A stretch of DNA of 64,000 bases. Source: Hydrolagus colliei. Taxonomy: Eukaryota. The translations under genes were made by a program, and so were the position numbers. The stretch lies in assembly GCA_035084275.1 (NCBI GenBank), contig CM068750.1, forward strand, positions 9,176,001 to 9,240,000, given 5' to 3'. Positions 1-12,441 of this stretch are shown here, in pieces (position 1 is the first letter of the stretch; every line of letters starts with the position of its first letter). The notes beneath the pieces were generated by a model, which was not told the DNA's origin, searched no databases, and saw only the letters and a program-made list of their open reading frames with translations.

Positions 1-205
1 ACATGGCCATTACCCATATTTTCAGACAACAGTACTTCTGTGCACAATTGAAAACATGAGCACAGTTTGGCTTTGTTAGTAAATATAAACCAACTACTGT
101 ATGTTGTTTCCTTTCATTGTTTACTGCCTCTCTGACCTGTGAAGTGGGATATTGCTCAGAATGTTCCCCTAAATTCTTGCTCAACAAGATTATCCAATGA
201 ATAGA

Positions 206-404
206 AATTTCTCCCGGGGTCCAAGCCAACAATCACCCAAGTAAAATTGGGCATTATATTAATTGTTGTTTATGGAACACTGCTGTGTGCAAATTGGCCA
301 ACAACAATATACAGTACCTACACTCTACAATAATTTCCGTAAAGTACTTTGAGATACTTCAAAGACATGATCAAGTGCTATATCAAATGCAGGGTTATTA
401 TTAT
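206..404 (+). mobile_element. 3' half of a SINE with an L2-type tail
   Basis: gctgtgtgcaaattggc core, then aagtactttgagata...gtgctatatcaaatgcagggttattattat; matches the SINE at 9053. Confidence 0.7.
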
Positions 405-1737
405 GTCAATACAAAATGTATCTCCAGTATGTGCTGCTACTGAGTTCAGCAGGATTGGCCCTAAGGGTTGTTAAGAACTCTGTAGATTCAGACGATGTAA
501 GATACAGCAATACAAATTAGAATGTACTTGCAACACTGCAGTAACACAAACAAATCTGCCTCGCTTTATTCTTAAAATATCATTTTCTACTGAAAGATGT
601 TTATATTTATATTAATCACCATGTAGGCTCTCTCATTAAGTTGGCAATTTATTTTCAATTAGTACAAATTATTGCACATTGTACTGTGGATTTGCACCCA
701 CAAAGAACTGAATTGAAATGATTCAAATGTACTGAACTCTTCCAAGCATGAAAGGGAGAGAAAACTTTTATCCCATCAATCTGGGTTTGATTGTCAGCCA
801 ACTCCCAGAAGTGAAAGGACCAGAGGCATTTTTAAGACTTGAAACTACTCAGTGCAATTTTCTTAGGGGGCCAGTCACTGACGGTAAGATTAATAAATGC
901 GCATGTGCAATTTTATTTTATGCAAAAATTAACTTTCGGGAGGTGCGATGCCTCATTAGGAGGACCACTTGCTCCGCCGGGCTGAGGAGAGCTCTGGTTT
1001 TCGCTATGATTACAAAAGACAAGAGTACAGCACACTCAAATCCTCTCATTTTGATGACTTTTTGCATTGCTTTGGAGGCCCGTAATATGAGGGGCCTGGC
1101 GGTGCGTTGCACCGATTGCATCAACGTTAAAAACACCTCTGGAAAGGACACTGTTCTAAACCCCTGCATGACACCATCAATCGTGCCTTTAAACATTACT
1201 ATGTCACATCTTACTTACTGAAATCTGGTGTTTATTTAAGAGATCCGCTCACTTGTTTATACAAGAGACCAGCACAAAGATTTTGCATAGTTGTTGAATG
1301 AAACTTTCACATTTTAAATATTTTTATCCCTGTTTAAAGCTATAATGTATTACCTTTTACGGCAAACAAGTAGAAAACTATGCTTCAAAGCAGTAGATCT
1401 GAGTCAGTCAACTGAGATGCCTTTTCGGCACCTTTGTGATTTAAATCCATTTATGGGGTTCGGTTGTCAAAACAGTTTGAGTAATGTCAGACAGCTCTAG
1501 TTGGCCTTCTGAGGTTAAGTTTCATCCTGAAGTTTACAAGTTTGTATTGATACCGCAACTTGCTTGAAGTCACCAGACATCAGTACGGAGAGCAAGAGCA
1601 TGCTCATAGTAGACAAGCATTTAGGAAATACTGAAGCTGCATGTTATGCAGCATGTTACTTACAGAAGAAAAATAAAGAAACAAAAACAAGAAAAACATG
1701 CCCTCATCAGATGTTATTGATTCAAATAAGATTAGCG

Positions 1738-2370
1738 CAACAACAACAAAATTCCACTTGTATAGTGCCTTTCACGTCAGTGGATGTCCCAAGGTGCTGG
1801 ACAGCAATTGTTTCAGACCCGAGCTGGGGTGGGACAGTGGGAGGGGGGGCGGGTGGAGAGAAAGGGGGGATTTGGGGTGACTGATGGGACCGTCAAAGAG
1901 GAGGGTCTTGAAGCGGGACATGAATGAGGCCAGGGAGTGGGGCTAGGTGGAGGGACTGCAGGATGGAGTTCCAGAAGTTGGGGGCAGTGTCGCTGAAGGC
2001 TTGCCGGCCAATTGGGGTGCCGGTGGGTCGGGGCACATGGAGCAGGCTGGAGTCTGCTGAGCGGAGGGAGCGGGTAGGTTGGTAGTGGGTTAGGAGGTCG
2101 CAAACCTCACTTCAAAGCGAGGCCATGTAGGGCTTTTAATGTGAGGACAAGGATCTTGAATTGGATCCTTTGGGTGATGGGGAGCCAATGGAGTCAGGCG
2201 AGGATAGGGGAGATGGGGTCACGAAGCTTGCAGTGGTAGAGGACACTGGCTGCAGAGTTCTGGATTATCTGCAATTTATGGAGGGAGGAATTGGAAAGGC
2301 TGACCTGCAGAGCATTGGCGTAGTCGAGCTGGGATGTGATGAAGATGTGAATCAGGGTTACAGCAACCAA
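1738..2370 (-). mobile_element. L2-clade LINE 3' fragment (RT C-terminus, 3' UTR, (TTG)n tail)
   Basis: Minus-strand translation TLIHIFITSQLDYANALQVSLSNSSLHKLQIIQNSAA...PISPILA is typical L2 ORF2 C-terminus; tail ctgtccagcaccttgggacatcc...gtgaaaggcactatacaag...ttgttgttg. Confidence 0.85.
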
Positions 2371-4379
2371 GTACAGTATATACAGTAGTGCTTTTAAAAA
2401 TGGAAAATCAATGAACACATTTTTATTATTAGAGGTTTCGAATCCATTTTTTGATCTCAGATAATGATACCTGAACAAAACAGCACTGTATAATTGCAAT
2501 GCAGAATTTATAATTTATTGCTCCGTGGTCATTATCTTTACCATCTTATTCCTGTTTTAAAGAGGCTCATTCACTCCCATAAATTTGGCCGAGCTTTTTC
2601 CTGTTGTTTTTCCTGTGGAAACCTATAACGTGTTGATGCTATTTCCCCACTGTGATGCAGTCATTCTGGTTGCAAAAACATTGATGTATCACTTAGTCTG
2701 AAAGAGAGTCATGAGAAAGTGGTGTAATAGATTATAATGTAATTTTATACACTGAGCCAAAATGTTTACATTCTCAAAGCTTTACTCACTCATCACAGTG
2801 GCAACTTTTCTGGATTCTTTCCTTCCTCATAATGACAGACCACATTTAATTAAAAACGTAGCCATGTGACTGAATTGTGTTCCATCACATTTCACATAAT
2901 TCACACAATTACAGGTTTAATTCAAAAAATGTAGAATTATGTCTAAACCAGGCTGTTTGATCCGTGGCGCTTGATAAACTTCATCAATAGTTCTAAGGCT
3001 GTCTCTTCCTGTTATAATTACAATAGTGGAGGCGACAATATTGAATGGCCAGGTCAACGGGTTAATGTGATCTACGTTTGCGGTGGCAGATGCATGGGAG
3101 TAAGTTGCCTGTTTGCACTGTTGGGTCGGAAATGGTGCAAAGAGAGACATAAGAAGGACTGATGATTTTCTTAATTATAGAAAAAAAGACATTTAGATTA
3201 CAGAAGCAACTTACAGATTGCTGACCCTTCAAAGTCAGCTCTTATGCTGTTTGCTTTCTTCTTTATGTTTTGTGATGGAGCGATGAATGGATGGTTTAAA
3301 TTTAGTCTACTGTGTATAACTAATTCCTGGGAACTAGCCAGGAATACAGGTTAATGAGTATGTGTAGATTAATTCGGCGGCATAGGACCCTCAAATAAAG
3401 CTATTTAACCATGCTGTTGGGAATTGAAAGAGGACAAATAAACTTTGAATCTTTGAAGACTTTAAATACCAGAGTTGCGGTCTTAGTTTCATTATTGACT
3501 CCATTAGAAGCAGCTGGGCATGCTTCCAGCAGTCAGATCAGCCGCATGGTTTTTTGACTTGAACTGGCATTTTTCTTATCTGCTATTTTACATTTTTTTG
3601 TAAAATTTAATTTGCACTTTGGGTTCACTGTCTTTTTTTTCTATTCCCTCCCACAGCTATCTCATTTCTTTGTATTATCAAGTACAATATTTCTGAATGA
3701 TTTCTAAATGGGGAGGTAAATATGAATGCTGTAATTTCAATAAATTGAATAAGACTGATTATCTTAATATACTGCTGAGTGATTTCAGGTTTTGTGCATC
3801 AGGGTATCAGGATCACTGTAGGAGCTGGGTGATGTGAAAAGTGACTTCCTTAAAAATCACAACGCTAGGTTTGGTCCATTAGATACTTAAGAATACAAAA
3901 GTTTGAAATGTGTGTTAATGTGCTTTCACAGTAATGAGAGTGCAGATCTGTTTAAAATGGAAGTGTTCTTAAAAGTTTCCCGTACCATATCTTGCCATAA
4001 GCTGGAAACCAAATGTCAATGCAGAAAGTTTTCGATCATTTATCATCCCAGATAAAATCCACACCCTCCCCATCAGTCAAATACAGTGCTATTGTAGATG
4101 AATTGGACAAAAGCATCATTTCCCACTCACAATTCATTCAGTTTGCAAAACCTGATCTGCTCCAAAACCAGTTTGGTTCCTTCTCCTACACGTTTGTGGT
4201 TCTGTATTTCTGAGCGTCTAGTAAAGGCATCATATATGTTCTTCCTGATTTCATTGGATTCCACACATCCTATATATGACTGAATTGTATAGACTGCTTG
4301 TTTAGAAATTCATTCATTACAAGCAGCGTTATTTCATTTGGAAGCATCTCTTATCTTACTTGATGGACCTGTATAGCTT

Positions 4380-4470
4380 ACAAGGATTTACAAAGAATCC
4401 ACTGCATGGAAACAGACCACTCAGCCCATCTTGCCCATGCCTGATGTCTATACTCCTCACAAGCTAACTC
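4380..4470 (-). mobile_element. Decayed CR1-type LINE 3' end
   Basis: ggaaacagaccactcagccca is the reverse of the CR1 terminal tgggctgaatggcctgtttcc motif. Confidence 0.5.
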
Positions 4471-7289
4471 ACTATTCTAGCACAAACTTGTGTTAAATTT
4501 CATAGCAGTCATCAGAAACACATTGTTATGTTTAATGAATTCTCAGTTTCATCATCTAAAAATACTTAATCATGATGTAGATCCTTCTTATGACAATGAA
4601 ACGAAAGACTGCTTGATTTTAATATAAATCTTTATTGGAAAGCATCTCAGAATTCTTCTAAAACGGCCCCAAGTTTGTCTGCCACTTATTATCTGCCATT
4701 TCTGTGCCTGAGGTAGATCAAAGGAGTCATCAGCTATGAGACTATAGAGATGCTTTGATCGTGCCAGAAAGGTCATTTGTAAAAAGACTTCTCTGGCAAG
4801 CCAAAACGTGAGATTTTCCTAATTATTGTAAAGAATTCAAGGATTTAGCTTCAAAGCTTTTTGTGTATGAAACAGTAAAATATCAAGTCACTCCTGTCCA
4901 AAATGGTATCCTATAAAGAAAGGGGGATCAAAGCAAAGTGAAGCAAGGTTTCAATGGGAGGAAACTAATTTGAGATCAAGACCAAAATAAGTAAACGTGG
5001 GTTGGTAGGAAGGTTAAACATTTCTCCCACTATTTTACAAATGAAGTTAAATTACATTTTTGTTGTAACAAATATGAACTGGCATTTTGACGTTTGTGAT
5101 GGTAAGTGAATGAAGGGTATTAGATACATTGAGAGCGAGATCTCTTTGTAAGTAATATTCAACATTTAATTGCAAACAGAGCACTTCAGCTGTGAAAGCA
5201 TGCAGATGACAAGACGATGAGGTGTTACTAATACAACGATTTCTATTGACTTTATGGAATCCCAGAATAGCAGTACTTTTCTCAGTTTTCTTTTTCATTT
5301 TAAATCTTAAAGTGAAATTATTTTACAAATGCATTTTTCAATTTAGGTCAAGTGTAGCTGATGTTGCAATCTCTTGCATGCAGGTTATGGATCTCAAGCC
5401 AGGCATCCCTTTACCTTGACCCCTTCCTTCCCAACTACAACATTTTGGATTGTACTTTCAGCTACCTAATCTCTCTTCTCCACAGCCTTCCCACTCTGCT
5501 TCTCAATCAGTTGTGTGAAGCGAAATATCCTCACAAATAGAAGGTATAATTGTAAATCAATATTGTTATTTTTATCTGAATCATTCTCTGTAGAACAGGT
5601 AGTGAAAATATCTGCGTCCATCTCAGGTATAACCTCTTTCAGCAATAGTGGTGAAGCAATCTTATATTCAAAACAAGTTGATAAAATTCTTCAGGCAAGA
5701 CTTTATGGATCTAGCATTAACTAACTAATCTCAACACACTCTTCTAGAAAAAATAGTAAAGTTGGTATTTTGGAATGACGAGATTGTGTCCTGAAGGAAC
5801 CTTCTTCATTTGAACCTGAGGAAAGGATTTTCTTTACCCTTTGCCAGGCTACAGTTTTAAGGAATAGTTAGAATGAATTAGTTTTAACCATGTTACTCAC
5901 ACTGTGTTTTAGTCCATTTTAAATTTGATTCCTGAAATACCAAATAGAGGTTAGTGTTAGCAAGTAAAATAAATCAAACTTACTTAAATTGTGAAAAAAT
6001 GGTATTCCAGCAATAAAACATTCAAGTAGATTATTAGCTTTAATTTGGCCAACGACACTTATTCAAATTGTTGTCAAAAAGGTAGAACTTTCTTCTTATT
6101 GAAGTAAAATAGATACTTTGGGAGCTAATGGTGTCCAGATGTAAACTGTTTCTTCTAATGCCAGCTCAATACCATTAAACAGCATCTCTGCTTGATATTG
6201 CACAGATGCCATTCGTAATAAACCATGCCGTTTAACAAATGAAAATCTCCATTCAAGCGAGTATGAATGTTTCTCTTAATTAAAGTTAATATTGTTTGAT
6301 TGGGAAGAAATTAGTTAAACATGTTTGACATAGAGAATCTTATTTTTGAATTTTATAATTCTCTTTTTAGTTATGTCAAACAAAGGAAGACCTGCCACCT
6401 TTATTTTTTCATCCCAAATAAACTCAGTTTTATTTGATGTATCTCAGCAAGGGGCAGATTTTACGCATTATTTAATCACCTCAGAAATCTGAAGAACTCC
6501 TGTTTTGGTTTTGCTGCCCTATTATCCTTATTGCTCAAAGTCCATCCAGTTAATTTCCTTTTACCTGCATCAATGCAAATTCGACTTGTTTGATCTGAAT
6601 TGGACAAATGGGGAAAATCATTTGTTGCACTATCCAACAAGAAGTTATCATTGACTTCTACTGCAAGTCATGCAGATTTCATCTTTAAACGTTATGGTTC
6701 CCATCTCGTTGAACTTAAACAGCTTCTAAAAGGATTTTTTCCACAAATGGGAATGAAACTACAGATCATCTAAGGGGAACCGATTCAAAGGATTTAATTA
6801 TGAAGGTCATGTTAAAAGTTACTGCCTCAATCAGGCTAGTTGATGCATGGATCCCTGTGCACCTCATGCTATTCCCATAATTTAAGGAGGAAAACAGTTG
6901 CCTAATATTATTATATGTACTTGGATTCTGTGTAGTTTATCTTTTTATATGGCACAGTCATAACCACCCTCCCTCCCCACAGAGTTGGTGCATTCCGAGT
7001 GCTAATTTTAGCCATTAGTTTGGGGAAACTGTTATGCAAGTTCTACATATTCATGCTACATATGCATAGAAATGTTTCTTTGTTTGGAGTGGAATGTGCA
7101 CTCTCTCCCCGAAGGATCTACCTCAATCTGGAGCGTATTAGGCATAGGTTCATGAGAGCCAAAATTTGGGATCCCCATAGTGTACATTGGGTAACTGTTA
7201 AGAGTTTAATCAGTTAAAAATGCATAGTTTACCATCAGGGAAGCTTCCCGCTGCTTGTCCAACTAGGACAATGCTACTTGTTAGGACTT

Positions 7290-7467
7290 GGGACTGCAAA
7301 GTTAACAGGAGCCGAGTGGGAAAAATCCCTGCCTCAGTGATCAGTCTGCCCTGCAAATCTTGCCAATGAGCCAGGCTGGCTGGTCTATCATCAGCAATGT
7401 CTTCGGAATGTCTTGTGGACCCACCTGGCTCAAGAAACAGCCTATGGAGATCACCACAGAAAGTCAA
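7290..7467 (-). mobile_element. Possible RTE-clade LINE 3' remnant
   Basis: Minus-strand peptide ...STRHSEDIADDRPA... loosely resembles the RTE C-terminal WEDLAxDRxxWR motif; weak. Confidence 0.25.
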
Positions 7468-9052
7468 CTTGACTTCAACATCCCAGCGCCAAACATATTA
7501 TCTCAAAGCCACCTCAGTCCCAAGCCAACCTTGCTTAGTTTTTCCCTCGCTCCCATATTAGTACATATGCGAATGAAAACTTCAACTATAATTGTAACTA
7601 CAAAAAAACTGCTGTAAATGTAATGTTTTAAAACAACAGAATAATGTTTTCTACATTTTCAATTTGTATGATGTAAATCAGAAGAATTAAACTCTCAAGT
7701 TCCATATTTTACAAATCGTGCTGTTTGGAAACTGTTGACTCAATATTATTTTGTAGCCTTCATAAAGCATTTGTGGTATTGTGCAAGTTTTCAATTGTTG
7801 CAGTATCAGAGGAGCTGTTAACATTTGCCACAGCATGATGAATTGCAAGCTCTGTAAAGGTCAGCACCAGAATTGGATTTATGTATACGTACTGACTAAA
7901 AACAAAATGCTTTAAGAAAGTTGTAATATATCATTGTATGGCTGTAGTGCATTGGACTGCTTTCTGTTACAGCTGAGATTGATTGTGATTCATTGAATGT
8001 TCTGAGTGTGTCCCATTGACTTCAAAATAGCTACCTCTGTCATCTTGTTTTTTCACCAACCTGAATATCATGCAAAATTATGGACAGAATTGTAGGAAAT
8101 GTACCATTAGAGGATGTCTAATCATGGCATAGATCCAATATAAAAATTGGATTGCCCCAGGGGAAAATTCTTAATAGTAATCAATATTAATAATCCCTAA
8201 TATTTATATAATACCTCATGTTGTCAAAAACATCTCCAGGTATTTCACAGATTTTACTGTAACATGTAGAGATTATTTATTGCTGGCAAACTTTGAATTT
8301 GTGCACCGCAATGGACCTTTTTCCATTCAGAGGATTCCTAATAGCAGACTGGGATAGGCTCCCTTCCTCTCTTCGAATTAAAAGTAGCTTCTATTATTAC
8401 ATTGGTAACATTTATTCAACTGTTGACATATTACCAATGAAACCAATCAATTTGTAGAGATAAAATAATAATTCATTATAGCAATTAATTGCTTAGTGAC
8501 TTTGATGATACACTTCAATAAGCAAATCATTTTCTACAATAAATTACTACTCTATCTTTAAGAAGGTGATTCCCTCTACAGTATTTTGTTTGGCAATGTA
8601 CATTAACAAACCGAAAGAACAGTGAAAAATGTTGCCCACTGTTTAGCTTGTTTTTATTGTTCACTCTTTTTTGGTTATTTGAGTGCCCCCAGATGACCTG
8701 TTTAATGTTCCCTATCTCTAAAGTACAAATACAGACCATTCTTTCCAACTAGTCTGTGTCAGTGTACATATTCTACATGAGACTCCATCCTTCCTAATAC
8801 CCCCTCCCACACCATTCTATTCCCTGTGCTGTTTTAAGGTTGGAGACTTGTGAAAAGGAACATGACCGCATATCTCTTCCTGACATACAATGACATAGTG
8901 TGTTAGTGCACCAGTGTGCTAAAACAATAATTTATTTTACTTTACGTGACTGAAACTTAAATTATTTCTCACAATTAAAAAATTATTCACCATGTAGATT
9001 TCAGTTTCTTGTTTTAAATTAATCTTCACATAAATAAAGTATTACAAATATT

Positions 9053-9368
9053 GGAGTCCTGTAGCTCAGTTGTAAGAGCACTCGCCTTACGAGTGAGTGA
9101 CCTGGGTTCAATTCCAGGCAGGGTGAAACCTTGGGCAAGGTTCCTTTCTCCACACGCCTAATAACAATCTCTCGAAAAAATCTAACAATATAATAGTAAT
9201 TTCAATCCACAACTGTTTGTGGGACCCTGCTGTGTGCAATTGGCTGCCATATTTTGCCCACATATATACAGTCAATTCACTTTACAGTATATTCTGTGAA
9301 GCTCTTTGAGACGTCGAAAAGATGTGAAAAGTGCTAAATTGCAATTGCAAGGATTATTACTAATTATT
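9053..9368 (+). mobile_element. Near full-length tRNA-derived SINE (Pol III A/B boxes, L2-type (ATT)n tail)
   Basis: A box tagctcagttgt, B box ggttcaattcc, body gctgtgtgcaattggctgcc, tail gtgaagctctttgagacgtc...gcaaggattattac; many dispersed copies in the window. Confidence 0.85.
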
Positions 9369-9657
9369 AAATCCAGAAAGTAGAACGTGAGAAGTTTTGC
9401 TCTGGTTTTGAACTGAATGACTGTTGTATTGTTATTAGTTGTCCAATATCATTAGAAGACAAGCACTCAGTGTTCAGTTTCTGTGTTTTGTGGATAGACA
9501 ATGGTGTGTATACTGAAATGTCAAAATCAATGCTGGATTTTGTGGTGGGCTAGATTCAAAGCAATGTAATAATAATGATAAGAATAAAGAGAGGGAAGTA
9601 CAGTATATGTCAACCTGTTAAATTAATGACATGAATCTATGTCCTGTTCTCCAACAG

Positions 9658-10370
9658 AAAGAGTTTGAGTTGAAACTTTTCGATGTGCGTGGGGAGCATG
9701 CTGAAGTGATAGCTAAGCTTGAAGAACACATTGCACAACAGAGGACTAAAGATGGGAAAACTGAAAGCAGAGATGTTGGAGTTTCCACACAAGATCAATA
9801 TGTGCCAAAATCATTTCGCAATGTCTGTGCCCAGACTGACAGGGAAAATTTCCTACAATCAAACCAAGAGGACAGTGTTAACCGAAGCAATCAGTCTGTA
9901 CCAGGAAAGCTGAACTTTGAATCCTTGAGGTTCACCCAAGCATCAGGATCTATAGCACCTCCTCCTCCCCCTGCCCCACCCCTACCAGGCTCTGGACCAC
10001 CCCCTGCCCCACCCCTACCAGGCTCTGGACCACCCCCTGCCCCACCCCTACCAGGCTCTGGACCACCCCCTGCCCCACCCCTACCAGGCTCTGGACCACC
10101 CCCTGCCCCACCCCTACCAGGTGCTGGACCACCCCCTGCCCCACCCCTACCAGGCTCTGGACCACCCCCTGCCCCACCGCTACCAGGTGCTGGACCTCCT
10201 CCTCCCCCACCCCTTCCAGGTTGTGGGCCTCCCCCTCCCCCACCACCCTTTGGCAATTTATCAGCTCTCTCTAGTCACAGTTTGGCTGCAGCACCACGGA
10301 AGGCACCCGTAGAACCAAGTTGCCCTATGAAACCTTTGTACTGGTCAAGGATTCAATTCACCAAAGTCAG
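9658..10370 (+). CDS. FMN1: Formin-1 exon: coiled coil, FH1 proline-rich domain and start of the FH2 lasso
   Basis: Acceptor ttctccaacAG at 9657, phase 0. Translation [23 protein letters not shown]...DVGVST...[16 protein letters not shown] closely resembles vertebrate FMN1 as recalled (FELRAFHIRGEHA...PKTFRNVCVQTDRETF). Followed by poly-Pro and [10 protein letters not shown]. Donor AG|GTACTG, phase 2. Confidence 0.96.
9964..10227 (+). repeat. Coding minisatellite, 8 x 33 bp (PPP[A/P]PPLPG[S/A/C]G), forming the FH1 domain
   Basis: Unit ccacccCCTGCCCCACCCCTACCAGGCTCTGGA repeated near-identically; the last unit is degenerate. Confidence 0.95.
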
Positions 10371-10499
10371 GTACTGAACTGAAGAGCTATGTTTACTTAA
10401 ACACATCTAGTATAATCGAATACTGTACTCTAATCATCTTCCTTTCATATTATCCTGCTTACAGATTGTTTATAGCATATTTGCGCTCTCATTCTGTTG

Positions 10500-10800
10500 A
10501 GCACAGCAGTGTCTTACAAATACCTATGAAGTGATGACCAATTTTGGGGGAGAGGGAATTCTTAGCCAGGATCCTAGGAGAATCTCAATTCTCTTTTCAG
10601 TTAGTGCCATGGGATCTTTAACATCTACCTAAACAGGCGCACGAGTCCTTGGTTTAATGTGCTATCCTACAGCAGCATGTTTAGTAGTGCAGAACTCCCC
10701 AATACTGCATTGGAATATCAACACACAAATTATGTAAGTTCAAACTCCCAACAGGGGACAGACATGAACTCACAACCTTCTCACTCAGCAAGGTCGAGAG
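10500..10800 (-). mobile_element. Deu-domain (AmnSINE1/SacSINE1-like) SINE
   Basis: agtgccatgggatctttaacatctacctaaacagg...ggtttaatgtgctatcc is the reverse of the Deu domain; tRNA-head remnant aaccttctcactcag at the right end. Confidence 0.7.
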
Positions 10801-12441
10801 ATAGCATCAGTATAAATTAGAGGTGGGGTGGTGAAGCTGGAGCTAATGTGAATCACCCTTGTTTTTGCTCTTGAATCCAATTGGAGGAAGGAATTTTCAG
10901 AGCAGCTCAATCGACCCAAGTGCGGAGAATGTGAATGAACGTGAGCTCTGCTACCCAATGATCTCTGATAGTTCTCAGTCTCCCAGCTAGCTCTTTAATC
11001 GCCTTAAAAAGCTTAGATCTGAACTGCAAAATCCAATGTTAGTTATTGTTTAAAGGTCCTGGTGCAATCTAATGAGGAGTGGGCAGAATAAACCGGGATT
11101 CTCACTCCACATCATTCTACTGCAGTATAAAAGCAGCATCAAGTATCTCCATGGGGGTCCCTTCCATTTATGACGAATAATCAGTTTCACTGTGGATTAA
11201 ATTTGTATAGCTTCTTTCCATTTTTCTTTTTAAACTAACCATATAGTGGCAATAAATCAAACTGCATTGGTTAAGTGGGTCTCTTTCTTTCTGCTTTTAC
11301 ATTAGTCTTTTCTTGTGGTACAGTAAAAGTTTACTTCTTGTCAAAACAGTGTTAATTTTATTAAATCCAGGCTATCTCTAAATGCACAAGCTATCAACTA
11401 TCATTAAATGTTTGAATGATTGTGCCAAAAAGATCTGGAAAAGCTTTGCTTTCATAGCATTTAGCAGAACACGAACAATTGTGCACTGTTAGTTGTCGTC
11501 TGCAAATTTAAAATATTATACTAATGTAAGCAATGTTTTATAGCATTTTAACCAACCTGTAAATGCTAAGAAATGTTGGAAGTAGCTTGGGTGCCACTAT
11601 CCTGGCTACCACTTAAGCCTTCTGGAAGTAATCACATTTTCCTTTGTGTAATGGATGACAATGGTATTATGAAACTGGAGTCATAATAACTCCAGCCCGT
11701 CTCTTGCCCTTCTCAGTGTCTCACCTCCAAAGTGCTTTCCATTTTCTGCATTTAACTTGTTGCCTTTTATTATTCTCTGGTGCTTTATATCAAATTGGTC
11801 TGTGTAAATTGTAAGTCTTATCTTATGAATGTCCTCTTTTCAAAAAAAATTAAAGCAGTTTTGGCAGTGTAAGGTACACCTTTGCTGATGTACTTTATTT
11901 CTATGTGCTGCACCCATTGTTTCAGTGCTGCAAGGAATAGGGAACAACAATGATTACCTGGCCTATAACTTCAGATTCTGTGGCTCTAGTATAAGATTTA
12001 TTGCATTGCTCTATTAGCAGTCCACACATTAGGCCTCAGTTGTCTTCATAATACTTAATGGTGATGTGTAAAACTTCTTAAATAAAGAAATAACTGCAGG
12101 TTAGTTTCTCCCAAAGGGCCTAGAAAACCCAAGCATTAAAATCTAATGAGTCAGAACTATTCCTAAAGCAGCCACATTATCATGAGGTTCCCTACCTTTC
12201 CACAACTGACACAACCTTGTACACTGAATTCAAAGCTCAATTTTGATGTGTACTGTTTAATAAGATTAGTCACAGAGCTTCTTTAGTAAATATTGAAGAT
12301 GTTTTGTTACCAGGATTTGCAATTCCAATGAATTTTCCTATTATATTTTAAGTGACTTTGTTAGAAAATCTTAATGTAAAATCCAGTGCTTTTCTCATGC
12401 CTGGAACTTCATTGATTACCACTCATTTTGCTCTTTTCCAG

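Noticed and set aside
748-1221. 157-aa ORF as a coding gene
   Set aside because: No recognisable domain, intronic, no matching splice phase; better treated as a non-coding candidate.
1620-1690. Peptide LGNTEAACYAACYLQKKNKE faintly like the upstream FMN1 segment ([20 protein letters not shown])
   Set aside because: Similarity is weak, arises from a short gcatgtta duplication plus an A-rich tract, and lacks suitable splice sites.
9053-9125. tRNA gene
   Set aside because: A/B boxes run directly into a SINE body with many decayed copies; no complete cloverleaf or T-run terminator.
9964-10227. CRISPR-like array or prokaryotic system
   Set aside because: Units are contiguous with no unique spacers, in frame within a spliced vertebrate exon, with no cas or other bacterial genes nearby.
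9891-10256. Minus-strand Gly-rich ORFs and alternative-frame ORFs over the FH1 repeat
   Set aside because: Shadows of the C-rich 33-bp coding repeat; no independent gene structure.
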